Positions 63,720 through 64,000 of a DNA stretch of 64,000 nt are shown here, piece after piece. The stretch is taken from positions 102,153 through 166,152 of the forward strand of contig CAVQCF010000039.1 of the NCBI GenBank assembly GCA_963710885.1, in the 5' to 3' direction. Both the position numbers and the translations under genes were made by a program. Under the pieces are notes generated by a model that did no database searches, was not told the DNA's origin, and saw only the letters and a list, made by a program, of their open reading frames with translations. Source of the DNA: an uncultured Acidobacteriaceae bacterium (GTDB lineage Bacteria > Acidobacteriota > Terriglobia > Terriglobales > Acidobacteriaceae). Position 1 is the stretch's first letter. Every line of letters begins with the position of its first letter.

Positions 63720-64000
63720 GTGCAGACTACTGCGATCACAACGCGGGCAGCAGAAGTCATTCAACGGTGCCTCAAGCTCGCATCTTTTTCTGAAGACACT
63801 GGCAGCACCCGCCGTACATTCTTGTCGCTGCCGATGCGCGACTGCCACCAGGAAATCGCACGATGGATGGAACCCCTTGGCGTCCACGTGCGCACCGATG
63901 CTGCTGGTAATTTTCGCGGAGTATATGCTGCTGCGCAGCCCAACGCTGCCCGCCTTCTGATCGGCTCTCACCTCGATACGGTTCCGAAAGCCGGGGCCTA
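63720..64000 (+). CDS. allC: Allantoate amidohydrolase / M20-family ureidohydrolase, 5' end only (runs off the right window edge)
   Basis: Not in the ORF track because it is truncated. The GTG at 63720, just after an in-frame TGA at 63711, reads VQTTAITTRAAEVIQRCLKLASFSEDTGSTRRTFLSLPMRDCHQEIARWMEPLGVHVRTDAAGNFRGVYAAAQPNAARLLIGSHLDTVPKAGA. The GSHLDTVP.(A/G)G motif and the overall N-terminus are typical of AllC / carbamoylase M20 enzymes. Confidence 0.7.
   Translation, partial: MQTTAITTRAAEVIQRCLKLASFSEDTGSTRRTFLSLPMRDCHQEIARWMEPLGVHVRTDAAGNFRGVYAAAQPNAARLLIGSHLDTVPKAGA

Noticed and set aside
1-64000. Search for mobile elements, CRISPR arrays, toxin-antitoxin pairs, restriction-modification, reverse transcriptases or other defence-island hallmarks
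   Set aside because: I noticed no repeat-spacer periodicity, no transposase, integrase or recombinase motifs, no tRNA attachment site, and no nuclease, helicase or RT signatures in any long ORF. The window reads as core or accessory metabolism and transport rather than a defence or mobile island.

Overview
High-GC (about 58-60% by eye) bacterial chromosomal segment. The gene families point to Acidobacteriota: ADOP-type duplicated FtsX permeases, a CarboxypepD_reg-type TonB-dependent receptor, and TAT-exported Gfo/Idh/MocA and FG-GAP/UnbV proteins. I saw no rRNA, tRNA, CRISPR array, transposase, integrase, phage gene or classical defence gene. Layout: (i) 1-17.0 kb, minus strand: one tight operon of a HlyD/MacA-type adaptor, a stand-alone MacB/LolD-type ABC ATPase and seven tandem ~810-aa ADOP permeases (the last cut by the window edge). 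(ii) 17.3-23.7 kb, plus strand: an ABC ATPase, a 1230-aa fusion of two ABC-2 permease modules to an M1 (HEXXH...E) metallopeptidase, and a CRTAC1/ASPIC-UnbV propeller protein. (iii) 23.7-32.0 kb: TPR, FG-GAP/UnbV, TPR and TonB-receptor genes broken by roughly 20 small frameshifts. (iv) 32.2-34.9 kb: a NarL/LuxR-type two-component pair. (v) 35.2-44.3 kb: a glycan locus with GH30, GH3-PA14 and GH2, plus a TAT-exported TIM-barrel isomerase-like protein and a Gfo/Idh/MocA oxidoreductase. (vi) 45.5-51.4 kb: an RND-MFP-OMF efflux operon with a frameshifted pump. (vii) 51.5-54.7 kb: a GAF-domain sigma-54 activator divergent from an aldo/keto reductase that has a -24/-12 promoter. (viii) 54.8-64.0 kb: a purine catabolism cluster with an AzgA-type permease, GuaD, allantoinase, a three-subunit xanthine dehydrogenase whose FAD subunit is fused to OHCU decarboxylase, HIU hydrolase, a PuuD-like membrane protein and allantoate amidohydrolase. 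The best candidates for something undescribed are the non-orphan ADOP permease array and the ABC exporter fused to an M1 peptidase. All family calls come from motifs read by eye and recalled family knowledge; no searches were run.
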